Below are positions 8,954-18,921 of a stretch of 64,000 bases of DNA, piece by piece. The stretch comes from Candidatus Omnitrophota bacterium (GTDB lineage Bacteria > Omnitrophota > Gorgyraeia > Zapsychrales > Fredricksoniimonadaceae), in the NCBI GenBank assembly GCA_963828495.1, contig CAWHFJ010000017.1, positions 84,342 through 148,341 of the forward strand, read 5' to 3'. Below the pieces are notes generated by a model. The model saw only the letters and a program-made list of their open reading frames with translations, was not told the DNA's origin and made no database searches. The translations under genes were made by a program, and so were the position numbers. Numbering within the stretch: position 1 is the stretch's first letter; each line of letters opens with the position of its first letter.

Positions 8954-10004
8954 GCATTTTTCCCGTGATTTAATCCGCTGGTACACCAAGCATAAACGCG
9001 ACCTGCCTTGGCGCCGCACTCAAGACCCCTATAAAATTTGGATTTCCGAGATCATGTTGGCGCAGACCACGGTTCCTACGGTCATTGCGTATTATGAGCG
9101 CTGGATCAAAACTTTTCCGACGATCCATGATTTGGCCAGAGCTCCTTTACAGATGCTATTAAAACAATGGCAGGGGTTGGGGTATTATAACCGGGCCCGG
9201 AATTTGCATAAAACGGCTAAAATCCTCGTTAAAGAACATCAAGGCCGGATACCCCCTGATCCTTTGATTATTCGCCAATTACCCGGTTTTGGGCCTTATA
9301 CGACCGGTTCTGTTTTAAGCATTGCTTATGATATGCCATTACCGATCATTGACGCCAATATTCGACGGGTAGTCATGCGTTTATTAGCTTTGCAGGGGGA
9401 GGCGAACACCAAACAGGATTTGAGAGTACATGAATTTTTACTTAAAGTTTTGCCTTCCCAGGGGGCCGGGGATTTTAATCAGGCTTTGATGGAATTGGGG
9501 GCCTTGGTTTGCCGTAAAAATCCCCAGTGTAGCTTATGTCCGATTTCCCAATATTGTCATGCTTATCAACAGGGCATACAGGAGAAGATCCCGCGTCTAA
9601 AAAAGAAAATCATTAAAGATATTCAAGCTGTTATCGCAGTTATTCAGAAAGGTGATTATTATTTTATCCAAAAACGTCCTTCCCGGGGACTATTGGCGGA
9701 CTTATGGGAATTTCCCGGAGGAAAAATACAAAAAGGAGAGACCAAAAAACGAGCTCTGATTCGGGAATTAAAAGAGGAATTAGGCCTTCCATTAAAATCT
9801 GCACGACCATTATTTGAGGTGAAACATTTTTATACACAATTCCGGGTCCATTTATCCGTCTTCGCATGCTCCCTAGAGGGTCGACCCAAGGTTGATGCGA
9901 ACCATCAATGGGTCAGCTATAAAGATTTCTCACAATACCCCATGCCATCTGCCAGTAGCAAAATCATTAAAAAATTGTGTAATTTTCCTTTAATCTTGTT
10001 TTAA
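8946..10004 (+). CDS. mutY: A/G-specific adenine DNA glycosylase
   Basis: DLPWRRTQDPYKIWISEIMLAQTTV, the 4Fe-4S cysteines CRKNPQCSLCPISQYC, and a C-terminal NUDIX-like domain. Confidence 0.85.
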   Translation: MLKHFSRDLIRWYTKHKRDLPWRRTQDPYKIWISEIMLAQTTVPTVIAYYERWIKTFPTIHDLARAPLQMLLKQWQGLGYYNRARNLHKTAKILVKEHQGRIPPDPLIIRQLPGFGPYTTGSVLSIAYDMPLPIIDANIRRVVMRLLALQGEANTKQDLRVHEFLLKVLPSQGAGDFNQALMELGALVCRKNPQCSLCPISQYCHAYQQGIQEKIPRLKKKIIKDIQAVIAVIQKGDYYFIQKRPSRGLLADLWEFPGGKIQKGETKKRALIRELKEELGLPLKSARPLFEVKHFYTQFRVHLSVFACSLEGRPKVDANHQWVSYKDFSQYPMPSASSKIIKKLCNFPLILF

Positions 10005-10097
10005 TCAACTGTACAATATACTCAATTATTAATCATTTAACATGACCCGGCTGGAGCCATAGGGGGCAATAGTAGGTCAACAGAAGGAGAGATTCGT

Positions 10098-10388
10098 ATG
10101 AAAAAGATTTTGATCACGTTTTTATTCGGCGCTTTTATTTTAGCGGGGGTTAGTTTTGCTCAAACTCCACCGCCGGCAGCACCGGCAACACCGGTCACCA
10201 TGAAACCAAACGCTATGCATCATGAACATCATCCGGAGATTCATAAGGCTATGCGTAAGCTCAGAGGCGCTAAAGAAGATTTGGAAAAAGCTGCTCATGA
10301 CTACGCCGGACATCGTGTGAAGGCCATTGAAGCCATTGACCGGGCCTTGGAGGAATTAAGAGCAGCGTTGGCATCCGATCCAAAGTAA
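10098..10388 (+). CDS. small secreted His-rich protein
   Basis: GGAG Shine-Dalgarno, signal peptide ending SFA-Q, an HHEHHPEIH segment, and a terminator downstream. Confidence 0.55.
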   Translation: MKKILITFLFGAFILAGVSFAQTPPPAAPATPVTMKPNAMHHEHHPEIHKAMRKLRGAKEDLEKAAHDYAGHRVKAIEAIDRALEELRAALASDPK

Positions 10389-10416
10389 TAAAAAATAAGA
10401 AATAAACAGGTAAATA

Positions 10417-10467
10417 GGGACGTCTCCCATTTATTTAGATAAATGGAAGATGTCCTTATTTATTTTG
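10417..10467 (+). terminator. rho-independent terminator
   Basis: An 18-position stem (10417-10434 with 10439-10456; 17 paired including 2 G-U, 1 mismatch) followed by TATTTATTTTG. Confidence 0.6.
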
Positions 10468-10505
10468 TAGCTGTCACTATTTATTTATGTTAATATTATT
10501 TCCCT

Positions 10506-11114
10506 ATGAAAAAATTCTTTATCCACGTAGGCAGATATATCGTGCGGGGCCTCCTGGCTGTTATACCGCTCTTTTTATGTTTTGTGGCCATATGGTTTTT
10601 ACGCAAATTTATTGATAAACAAATAATCGAACATCTGCCCAAGTTTATCGATCAACATCAAATTCCGGGTTTAGGCATCTTACTGCTTTTAATCAGCTTA
10701 TATTTTATCGGCTTGATATTCAGTAATGTGTTGGGCCGCCAGATCCTTAAGTTTATCCATAGTGTTGCAGAACGAATCCCTGTCATTAATTTCATATACG
10801 GGATCGGCAAACAGCTTTCTGATACTCTCTCCGATACCGGTTTACAAAAACAGGCTTTCAAAAAAGCTGTTCTGGTTAATACCTTCAACGGCAATGGATG
10901 GATGCTGGGTTTCGTCGTGGGCAGTGTAAAGGACCAAAATGGTGAAGAACTGTTGAGGGTATTTGTGCCTTCTTCTCCGCATCCGTTAACAGGCATTATT
11001 TTTATTATTAAACCTTCTCAAGCTTTGGATTGCGGCTGGAGTGTGGAAGAAGCTCTCAAGATGGTTGTTTCCATCGGCATCATATCACCTGACGGAATCA
11101 AAAAAATATCCTAA
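10506..11114 (+). CDS. DUF502-family membrane protein
   Basis: Two N-terminal TM segments and a PSSPHPLTG motif typical of DUF502. Confidence 0.65.
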   Translation: MKKFFIHVGRYIVRGLLAVIPLFLCFVAIWFLRKFIDKQIIEHLPKFIDQHQIPGLGILLLLISLYFIGLIFSNVLGRQILKFIHSVAERIPVINFIYGIGKQLSDTLSDTGLQKQAFKKAVLVNTFNGNGWMLGFVVGSVKDQNGEELLRVFVPSSPHPLTGIIFIIKPSQALDCGWSVEEALKMVVSIGIISPDGIKKIS

Positions 11115-11120
11115 TTAATT

Positions 11121-12161
11121 ATGTTGACTGGGATGCGCCTGCAATGCCCTCTGTGTCCGCGTTGCTGCACGCTGAGTGAAGGCCAGCGGGGATTTTGTTT
11201 TGTGCGGCAGAATATCAGCGGACAAATAGTACTGACCACCTATGGACATTCCAGCGGGTTCTGCCTTGATCCCGTTGAAAAGAAACCGCTTAATCATTTT
11301 CTTCCGGGAACGGCAACTTTATCCTTTGGTACAGCCGGGTGCAATTTAGGATGTAAATTCTGCCAAAATTGGGACATCAGTAAATCCAAAGAATTCGACC
11401 GCCTGACCGAGGAAGCCAGCCCGCAGGACATTGCCCAAGCCGCCCATCGATTAAATGTCAAAAGCATTGCCTTTACTTATAATGATCCGGTCATTTTTGC
11501 CGAATATGCTATAGATACGGCGATAGAATGTCATAAACTGGGGGTCAAAACCATCGCCGTGACCGCCGGCTATATAACCCCGCAGGCCAGGGGAGAATTC
11601 TTCGCGCATATGGATGCCGCGAATGTGGACCTTAAAGGATTTTCAGAAGATTTCTATCATAAAATCACTTTAGGCCATTTACAGCCGGTTTTGGACACCC
11701 TGGTCTATTTAAAAAAAGAAACAAAGGTGTGGTTTGAAATCACTAATTTGATGATTCCGGGTCTTAATGACAAAAAATTTGAAATTGAAGATATGTGCCA
11801 ATGGATTGCCGATTATCTGGGGGTTGACGTACCTTTGCATTTTACGGCTTTTCATCCGGATTACAAAATGATGGATTATCCGCCAACACCTATAGAAACT
11901 CTGCAAAAGGCCCGTGATAGTGCATGATCCAAAGGGCTTCATTATGTTTATACCGGCAATGTGCATGACATGACGAATGCCAGCACCTGGTGCCCGTCTT
12001 GCAAAAAATTATTAATTCAACGTGATTGGTTTGTCCTAGGAGAATATAATTTAAAGGACAACCACTGTGGTTTTTGCGGATACCGCATCGCAGGCGTTTT
12101 TGAGAAAACCCCCGGCAATTGGGGAGGCAAAAGAGTCCCGGTTGTGATCAATCAGATATGA
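11121..12161 (+). CDS. amrS: AmmeMemoRadiSam-system radical SAM enzyme, interrupted by an in-frame TGA at 11925-11927
   Basis: CPLCPRCCTLSEGQRGFCFVRQN, GTAGCNLGCKFCQNWDISKS (CxxxCxxC), and a C-terminal CPSC...CGFCG. ORFs 11121-11927 and 11961-12161 share frame 3 and are separated only by the TGA. Confidence 0.75.
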
Positions 12162-12919
12162 AAATATTATCGTGGAATGTCAACGGAATACGCGCCATTG
12201 AAAAGAAAGGGTTCTTCGAATGGTTTCTCAAAGAATCCCCGGACATCCTTTGCCTGCAAGAGACCAAGGCCCATCCCGGGCAATTGACCGAAAAATTTAT
12301 TAAACCTCCTGGATACTATGCGTATTGGGCTTCGGCTGAAAAAAAAGGTTATAGCGGGGTGTGTATCTATACCAAAACCCAACCGAAATCTGTCAGCGAA
12401 GGTTTAGGTATTAAAGAATTTGATAGTGAAGGCCGCACGCTGGTGGCGGATTACGGCAATTTTATTTTGTTTAATATTTATTATCCTAACGGCGGGGCCG
12501 GCAATAAACGGGTCCCTTTTAAAATGAGATTTTATGACGCGTTTTTGAAAAAAGTTGAAAAATTACGCAAACAAAAAAGAAAAATAATCATCACCGGGGA
12601 CGTCAACACCGCTCACACGGAAATCGATTTGGCAAGACCTCAGGAAAATGTCAAAAATACGGGCTTTTTACCTCAAGAAAGGCAGTGGGTCACTCAATTT
12701 ATTGAATGCGGGTATGTGGACACTTTTCGTCATTTTACCAAAGAAGGCGGTCATTATACCTGGTGGGATTATTTTACCGCAGCACGTAAACGTGATGTCG
12801 GCTGGCGTATTGATTATTTTTTTGTGAGCGAAAACTTATTGCCCAAACTCAAAAATGCCTTTATATTAAAAGAAGTGATGGGCTCAGATCATTGCCCTGT
12901 GGGCATTGAATTAACATAG
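12158..12919 (+). CDS. xth: exodeoxyribonuclease III
   Basis: MKILSWNVNGIRA...LCLQETK...SDHCPV. Its ATG overlaps the upstream TGA (ATGA). Confidence 0.85.
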   Translation: MKILSWNVNGIRAIEKKGFFEWFLKESPDILCLQETKAHPGQLTEKFIKPPGYYAYWASAEKKGYSGVCIYTKTQPKSVSEGLGIKEFDSEGRTLVADYGNFILFNIYYPNGGAGNKRVPFKMRFYDAFLKKVEKLRKQKRKIIITGDVNTAHTEIDLARPQENVKNTGFLPQERQWVTQFIECGYVDTFRHFTKEGGHYTWWDYFTAARKRDVGWRIDYFFVSENLLPKLKNAFILKEVMGSDHCPVGIELT

Positions 12920-12934
12920 TCGGAGTCTTAGTCT

Positions 12935-13459
12935 ATGAAAATATTCGCTATCGTTCTGACAGGATGTTTGTGCCTTTCTCTAGTATCTTTAGCCGCCTGG
13001 GGGAAAAACGACCTTCAGTTGACCTGCGTATCCTTTCCAAACTATGGGGATATCCCTAAAAAATACACCTGCGAAGGAGAGGACATCAACCCGCCTTTGA
13101 CATGGGAAAATGTCCCTAAAAATGCTAAGAGCCTGGCTTTAACTGTTTCTGATCCGGATGCCCCTGAAGGGACATGGTCCCATTGGGTTGTTTATAATAT
13201 TTCTGCTAATCGAACGCGAATTATTAGAAATAGTAACCCCGGCACCGAGGGTCTTAATGATTTTGGAAAATATGCGTATGGCGGTCCCTGTCCTGTGGAT
13301 GAGAGGCCGCATCATTATATCTTTCGTCTCTATGCTCTGGATAGTTTTTTAATCATTAATGAAGGCCCTACGCTCAGTGAGGTTGAAAAAGCGATACAGA
13401 AACACATCATAGCGCAAACTGAAGTTATCGGCATCTATCAAAAATCAACTTCACCATGA
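12935..13459 (+). CDS. YbhB/YbcL (PEBP) family protein, secreted
   Basis: Signal peptide, then DPDAP...HW and HHYIFRLYALD motifs. Confidence 0.8.
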   Translation: MKIFAIVLTGCLCLSLVSLAAWGKNDLQLTCVSFPNYGDIPKKYTCEGEDINPPLTWENVPKNAKSLALTVSDPDAPEGTWSHWVVYNISANRTRIIRNSNPGTEGLNDFGKYAYGGPCPVDERPHHYIFRLYALDSFLIINEGPTLSEVEKAIQKHIIAQTEVIGIYQKSTSP

Positions 13460-13471
13460 CCATACAAATCT

Positions 13472-14740
13472 ATGAGTTCTAATCGACAAAATAATAAATT
13501 TTTAAAATTTTGTTTCTGTTTTTTTTGGTTTTTTTTACCCATGATAACTTGTGAATCCGTCTTAGCGCAAGAAGCTTATGATGCAAGGAAGGATTGGAAG
13601 GCAATTAATGCGGCAAGTAATTCAGCCTTTGATGCGCTACAACGAAAAGATTACGATACCGCTTCAACTTTTATTGACGAGATGCTCTCTCTTGACCCTC
13701 AAAATGGCGAAGCTTACTGTTTCAAAGCGATGTGTCTTATAAGCAAGGCAGACTACGACGCAGCACTTACAGCATTGCTTAAAAGTAAAGAGCTCGGGTA
13801 CAAACAACCAAATTTATATTTGGGATTAAGTATTGTGTACAGCAAAAAAGATATGCCGGAGCAAGCAGAAAGTTCTCTTTTAGACCTTCTTTCGTTAAAT
13901 CCGAATAATGCAGAAGCTTTATATGGGATGGCGTATCTAAAATATCGTTCCCAAAAGTATACGGAGAGTCTCGATTATCTCGATAAAGCAGAAGCGCAAG
14001 GGGTTTCAGACGATCTTGGGATAAGACAAAAAATCCGGGGTGCTCAAGAGAGCCATGTAACCGGTAAAGGGCTTGGGGATAATCTTATATTTCAAATATT
14101 GGCAGTCATTGTTATTTTTGGTCTTATAGCCGTATTGATTATCGTATTCGTGCCTGAGACCAAGAAGGAAGAAGTGCCAACTTCAAATATAGCATCGCCA
14201 CAGAGTAATGATTTACCACAAACCGTTACTTCTTCATTTATAAAGGCAGGCCCTAATAAAAGAGTATGTACGTACCTTATTGATTCGTTAGTTATAGGGT
14301 TGCCCAATTGGGGTTTGGGAGTATTAATTGGAACAGCATTTGGATGGATTTTACCCGGATTGTATTTTCTTTTTAAAGATGCGTTTAATGGACAAAGTAT
14401 TGGCAAGATGATAGTGGGTATTCAAGTCGTTAATGAAGACAATAGGGTGGCTCAGCCGGCAGAAGCTATAACACGAAACATTCCCTTAACAGTAGCACAG
14501 GTTGTTGGGGCTATGGGGCAATGGTTTCTCATAGTAGCCATTCTTGTTCCTATAATAGAATATTTTGTCATGGTTAATAGTAAGAATGGACAAAGGATCG
14601 GTGATAAAATTGCCCATACAAGGGTGCAGGATCTTAAGCCGCAAATTCATGACAATACTTTTCTCTTTATTTCTATTGCTATTTTTATTGCGTCTGTGAT
14701 TTTTATGAATGCACTTAAAATGATGTCTGGGGCGAAATAA
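13472..14740 (+). CDS. TPR-repeat plus RDD-domain membrane protein
   Basis: Signal sequence, TPR-like repeats (residues about 40-190), one TM, then a polytopic RDD-like segment (RVCTYLIDSLV...). Confidence 0.55.
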   Translation: MSSNRQNNKFLKFCFCFFWFFLPMITCESVLAQEAYDARKDWKAINAASNSAFDALQRKDYDTASTFIDEMLSLDPQNGEAYCFKAMCLISKADYDAALTALLKSKELGYKQPNLYLGLSIVYSKKDMPEQAESSLLDLLSLNPNNAEALYGMAYLKYRSQKYTESLDYLDKAEAQGVSDDLGIRQKIRGAQESHVTGKGLGDNLIFQILAVIVIFGLIAVLIIVFVPETKKEEVPTSNIASPQSNDLPQTVTSSFIKAGPNKRVCTYLIDSLVIGLPNWGLGVLIGTAFGWILPGLYFLFKDAFNGQSIGKMIVGIQVVNEDNRVAQPAEAITRNIPLTVAQVVGAMGQWFLIVAILVPIIEYFVMVNSKNGQRIGDKIAHTRVQDLKPQIHDNTFLFISIAIFIASVIFMNALKMMSGAK

Positions 14741-14823
14741 TTGAATTCTCCTACCCACCGTTCATCAATTGGCCCAAATCCCTTATAAGCCGCATTAACT
14801 TATAGTTTTCGAGGCCCTTTAAG

Positions 14824-14852
14824 TTGACGCCCTATGCAAACTATGTTAGAAT
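14824..14852 (+). promoter_or_regulatory. sigma70-like promoter (TTGACG-17-TAGAAT) for the heptose/KDO/Lpt operon
   Basis: TTGACG 14824-14829 and TAGAAT 14847-14852, within the only sizeable intergenic gap upstream of 14888. Confidence 0.6.
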
Positions 14853-14887
14853 GACCAGTTTCTAGGGGGGAAGGCCAGTTAATACCT

Positions 14888-15910
14888 ATGTCTAAATATA
14901 ACAATATTATAAGACGTTTTAAGGGCAAACGCCTGCTGGTTATCGGGGATGTCGTGCTTGACCAGTATATCAAGGGAACAGTATCGCGTATTTCTCCGGA
15001 AGCGCCGGTACCGGTTGTCCTTCAGGAAGAGGCGTTTTACACGCCCGGCGGGGCCGCTAATGTGGCCAATAACCTGAGCGCTTTAGGCGCGGATGTCACC
15101 CTGGTTAGCAAAATCGGGGATGATATTGAAGGCGGCATCCTCAAACGTGAACTTCATAATCGCCATATCCGCACCCACGGGATTTTTATAGACAAAAATA
15201 TAGATACAACTTTCAAAACGCGTATCATCGCCCAGCATCAGCAGGTTGTCCGTTTAGATAGGGAAAAAATAGCTTCTGGGGGCCAAGACCTTATTAAAGA
15301 AGACAAGATTTACCCGTTTTTACGTCGTCACATAAAAAGTTTTCACGCGGTCATTATTTCTGACTACGGCAAGGGGGTTATTGATTCAAAATTCTTAAGT
15401 CAGGTGCATGAATTAACTTCAGGCTTTAAATTGCCTGTCGTGGTGGACCCTAAATTGGAAGATTTGCGTGAGTACGGTCAAGTCACTTGCATTACGCCTA
15501 ATAAAAAAGAAGCTGAAAGTGCATTAAAAACTATTTCTGAAGAGACGCGCCTGGCCTTCGGCATACGCTCGACTAAATTAGACAGTAAAGAGGACATGGA
15601 ACATAATGGTTGCGGACTCTTAAATTATTTGGGCATTGAATCACTGTTGATTACGCTGGGAGAACACGGCATGTACTTGTTCCGACAAAATAAAAAACCC
15701 TATCCTATACCGACGATGGCAAGGCAGGTTTTTGATGTCTCCGGAGCAGGGGACACGGTCATATCCGTATTTGCTTTATGTTTGGCCGCGGGTGCCGATA
15801 AAATTCAGGCAGCCCAAATCGCCAATTACGCGGCCGGTATAGTCGTGGCCAAAATGGGCGCCGTGGCGGTTGGACTTGACGAGTTAAAAGAGGCGATTGG
15901 GGCAACTTAA
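14888..15910 (+). CDS. rfaE: D-glycero-beta-D-manno-heptose-7-phosphate kinase (RfaE/HldE domain I, PfkB family)
   Basis: RLLVIGDVVLDQYIKGTVSRISPEAPVPV and the C-terminal DVSGAGDT motif. Confidence 0.75.
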   Translation: MSKYNNIIRRFKGKRLLVIGDVVLDQYIKGTVSRISPEAPVPVVLQEEAFYTPGGAANVANNLSALGADVTLVSKIGDDIEGGILKRELHNRHIRTHGIFIDKNIDTTFKTRIIAQHQQVVRLDREKIASGGQDLIKEDKIYPFLRRHIKSFHAVIISDYGKGVIDSKFLSQVHELTSGFKLPVVVDPKLEDLREYGQVTCITPNKKEAESALKTISEETRLAFGIRSTKLDSKEDMEHNGCGLLNYLGIESLLITLGEHGMYLFRQNKKPYPIPTMARQVFDVSGAGDTVISVFALCLAAGADKIQAAQIANYAAGIVVAKMGAVAVGLDELKEAIGAT

Positions 15911-16654
15911 ATGAAAACCATAGGGGTCATTCCCGTACGCTTGGCATCCACACGTTTTCCTGCCAAGGTTTTGGCAAAAATCGACGGTAAGCCGTTGGTC
16001 CAGCATGTATGGGAAAAAGCCCGTTTGTGTAAAGAGTTGGATGGCGTCCTGATTGCCTGTGACCATCAGGACATTTTTAAGGCAGCCCAAAATTTCAAGG
16101 CACAGGTCGTTATGACAGGATCTCATCAGTCAGGTTCTGATCGTATTGCCGAGGCGGTTAAGGATTTGGATGTCGATATTGTAGTCAATATTCAAGGCGA
16201 TGAGCCTTTTATTGATCCCAAGACCATTGACGCCCTGGTTGTTCTTTTAAAAAAAGATTCCCAAGCTCTTATAGGGACGGTGATCAAAGAAATTACCAAT
16301 GAGGAGGATGCCCGCAATCCACATGTAGTTAAATGTGTGGTGGACGTCCAAGGCTATGCTTTGTATTTTTCCCGGGCGCCTATTCCCTATGACCGCGGTC
16401 ATGCCGCAGACAAAGTCAAACGCTATAAACATTTAGGCCTTTATGCGTACCGGAAAGATTTTTTGATGCAATATAAAAATTGGCCGAAGGGGATTTTGGA
16501 ATCAGCGGAAGAATTAGAGCAGTTGCGGGTATTGGAACAAGGGTTTAAAATAAAAACGACATTAACGGATTATGAATCGATGGCGGTGGACACACCGCAA
16601 GATTTACAGAAAGCCCAAGTATGGTGCGACAAATTAAAATTAACGACAAAGTAA
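15911..16654 (+). CDS. kdsB: 3-deoxy-manno-octulosonate cytidylyltransferase
   Basis: IGVIPVRLASTRFPAKVLAKIDGKPLVQHV and NIQGDEP. Confidence 0.9.
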   Translation: MKTIGVIPVRLASTRFPAKVLAKIDGKPLVQHVWEKARLCKELDGVLIACDHQDIFKAAQNFKAQVVMTGSHQSGSDRIAEAVKDLDVDIVVNIQGDEPFIDPKTIDALVVLLKKDSQALIGTVIKEITNEEDARNPHVVKCVVDVQGYALYFSRAPIPYDRGHAADKVKRYKHLGLYAYRKDFLMQYKNWPKGILESAEELEQLRVLEQGFKIKTTLTDYESMAVDTPQDLQKAQVWCDKLKLTTK

Positions 16655-17457
16655 TTTTCGGGGGTAACAAACCTCTGGTGCTGATTGCCGGTCCCTGTGT
16701 GATTGAATCTGCCCACGGAACACTCAAAATCGCCGAGGCCATTAAAAAAATCACTTCCAGGCTGAAGATGCCGTTTGTCTTTAAGGCCAGTTATGATAAA
16801 GCTAACCGCACCTCCATTCATTCTTTTCGCGGCCCCGGACTTTATGAAGGTTTAAAAATCCTCTCCCAGGTCAGGACCAAGCTGGAGATACCGGTTTTAT
16901 CTGATGTCCATGATGTCGCTCAGGCCAGAGTCGCCGGTGAAATCCTGGATATTATTCAGATTCCCGCGTTTTTATGCCGCCAAACAGATTTGATCGTCGC
17001 TGCCGCAAAAACAGGAAAAGTCGTCAATGTCAAAAAAGGACAGTTTATGGCGCCCTGGGACATTGAGGGTATTATTAAGAAAATGAAAGAGGCGGGTAAT
17101 CAAAAACTGCTTTTCACCGAACGCGGCGTGTCTTTTGGTTATAATAATCTGGTTTCTGATTTTCGTGCGTTGGCGATCATGCGCTCTTTAGGTTATCCGG
17201 TTGTTTTTGATGCCACACACAGCGTACAGAAACCGGGCGGTTTAGGCTCGTCTTCCGGAGGGGAAAGTCAATACATCCCGCTTTTGGCCCGCTGTGCGGT
17301 TGCCGCCGGAGTGGATGCCATTTTTTTGGAAACTCATCCTGACCCTAAAAAAGCCCTGTCCGATGGGCCCAATACATTGGCTTTAAGAAAGTTGGAAAAT
17401 TTATTGAAAGAATTAATAGCTATTGACCGTATTACGGATAAAGAAACTCATGCTTAA
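16621..17457 (+). CDS. kdsA: 2-dehydro-3-deoxyphosphooctonate aldolase (KDO8P synthase)
   Basis: LIAGPCVIES...FKASYDKANRTS...FDATHSVQ. Confidence 0.9.
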   Translation: MVRQIKINDKVIFGGNKPLVLIAGPCVIESAHGTLKIAEAIKKITSRLKMPFVFKASYDKANRTSIHSFRGPGLYEGLKILSQVRTKLEIPVLSDVHDVAQARVAGEILDIIQIPAFLCRQTDLIVAAAKTGKVVNVKKGQFMAPWDIEGIIKKMKEAGNQKLLFTERGVSFGYNNLVSDFRALAIMRSLGYPVVFDATHSVQKPGGLGSSSGGESQYIPLLARCAVAAGVDAIFLETHPDPKKALSDGPNTLALRKLENLLKELIAIDRITDKETHA

Positions 17458-18406
17458 ACGTGCTAAAAAGGTCTTAACTATCGAAGCCCGTGCGATCAAT
17501 GAAATGATGCGCTCTTTAGATCATCATTTTGAAGAGAGCGTGCAAATCATGGCTAAATGCAACGGTCACGTGATTGTTTGCGGTATGGGCAAAACCGGCA
17601 TTGTCGCCCGTAAAATAGCAGCCACTTTGTCTTCGACCGGAACCCCCAGTATTTTCCTGCACAGTGCCGAAGCAGTCCATGGGGATTTGGGCCAGATAAC
17701 GGCAGGGGATATCGTGATCATTATTTCTCAGAGTGGCGAGACCGAAGAAACCACTCTTCTTTTGCCTTTGGTTAAAAAAATCGGGGCCAAAATTATTGCC
17801 ATGACAGGTAATCCTAAATCAACTTTAGGCCGTCATGCGGATTTAATTTTAAATATTGCGGTTAAACATGAAGGGTGTCCTTTAGGCCTGGCACCCATGG
17901 CCTCAACAACTGTGGCCATGGCCATGGGGGATGCTTTGGCCGCCTGCCTGATTGACCGTAAAAAATTCAAGAAAGAAGATTTCGCTTTATATCATCCCGC
18001 AGGCACTTTGGGCCGACGCCTGTTATTAAAAGTGGAAGATATCATGCGTCGTGAAGGGTCCTTTGCCCGGGTGCGCGGGACAATGAAGGTCAAAGATGTC
18101 TTGTGGGCCATCACCAAGGCGCGTTGCGGTTGCGCCTGTGTGGTCGACGGCAAAGATAAACTGTTAGGTATTTTTACAGACGGAGATTTACGCCGGCATT
18201 TGGAGGAGAATAGCGCTATTTTGACCCGTGAGGTCCGTCAAGTGATGACTAAAAACCCGATGTCTATTGCCCATGATAAACTGGCGGCCCAGGCTTTTGA
18301 TATGTTGAAAACCAAGAAAATCGACGAATTACCGGTGGTGGATAAAAACGGCCGTGTGGTGGGACTTTTAGACGTTCAGGATTTGCTTAAGGCGGGGTTG
18401 GTTTGA
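17450..18406 (+). CDS. kdsD: arabinose-5-phosphate isomerase (SIS + CBS domains)
   Basis: VCGMGKTGIVARKIAATLSSTGTPS, followed by tandem CBS domains. The ATG at 17450 overlaps the kdsA stop. Confidence 0.85.
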   Translation: MLKRAKKVLTIEARAINEMMRSLDHHFEESVQIMAKCNGHVIVCGMGKTGIVARKIAATLSSTGTPSIFLHSAEAVHGDLGQITAGDIVIIISQSGETEETTLLLPLVKKIGAKIIAMTGNPKSTLGRHADLILNIAVKHEGCPLGLAPMASTTVAMAMGDALAACLIDRKKFKKEDFALYHPAGTLGRRLLLKVEDIMRREGSFARVRGTMKVKDVLWAITKARCGCACVVDGKDKLLGIFTDGDLRRHLEENSAILTREVRQVMTKNPMSIAHDKLAAQAFDMLKTKKIDELPVVDKNGRVVGLLDVQDLLKAGLV

Positions 18407-18921
18407 TGATCAACGACGGCGCGTTAAAAAAGATCAAAGTGTTGGCGATGGACGTGGACGGGGTGCTGACGGACGGGCGCATTATCGTTGACAGCCATGG
18501 GGTCGAAAGCAAAAATTTTGATGTGCAGGATGGTTTGGGAATCGTGCTTTTACAAAAATGCGCCATAAAGACCGCGTTCATCTCCGCCCGTGAGTCGGAT
18601 GTTGTCGCCCATCGCGCCAAAGATTTGAACATCGATAAAGTTTATGTGGGGGTGTATCCCAAACTTGGCGCTTATGAGAATATGTTGAAGGAATTCAACG
18701 TGCAAGATTCCCAGGTGTGTTTTATAGGTGATGATGTGGCCGATCTAGGTATTATGCGCAGATGTGCAGTGAGTGTGGCGGTGGCCAATGCGGTTGCCGA
18801 GGTCAAGCAAATCGCACATTATGTAACCGTCAAAAAAGGCGGCTATGGCGCGGTACGGGAAGTGGTGGAATTGATTTTAAAAGCCCAGGGACATTGGAGC
18901 CCGCAACTCTATGAACATTAA
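18403..18921 (+). CDS. kdsC: KDO-8-phosphate phosphatase (HAD-IIIA)
   Basis: AMDVDGVLTDGRI...GDDVAD. Confidence 0.85.
   Translation: MMINDGALKKIKVLAMDVDGVLTDGRIIVDSHGVESKNFDVQDGLGIVLLQKCAIKTAFISARESDVVAHRAKDLNIDKVYVGVYPKLGAYENMLKEFNVQDSQVCFIGDDVADLGIMRRCAVSVAVANAVAEVKQIAHYVTVKKGGYGAVREVVELILKAQGHWSPQLYEH

Noticed and set aside
11925-11927. TGA reassignment (code 4/25) or selenocysteine as the explanation for the in-frame TGA in amrS
   Set aside because: TGA terminates many well-delimited genes here, including ORF1, amrS itself, clpP, the aminotransferase, the macro-domain gene and the ECF sigma gene. I see no clear SECIS-like hairpin downstream and no conserved Cys is expected at this position. 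It is kept as a finding only as a nonsense codon or error.
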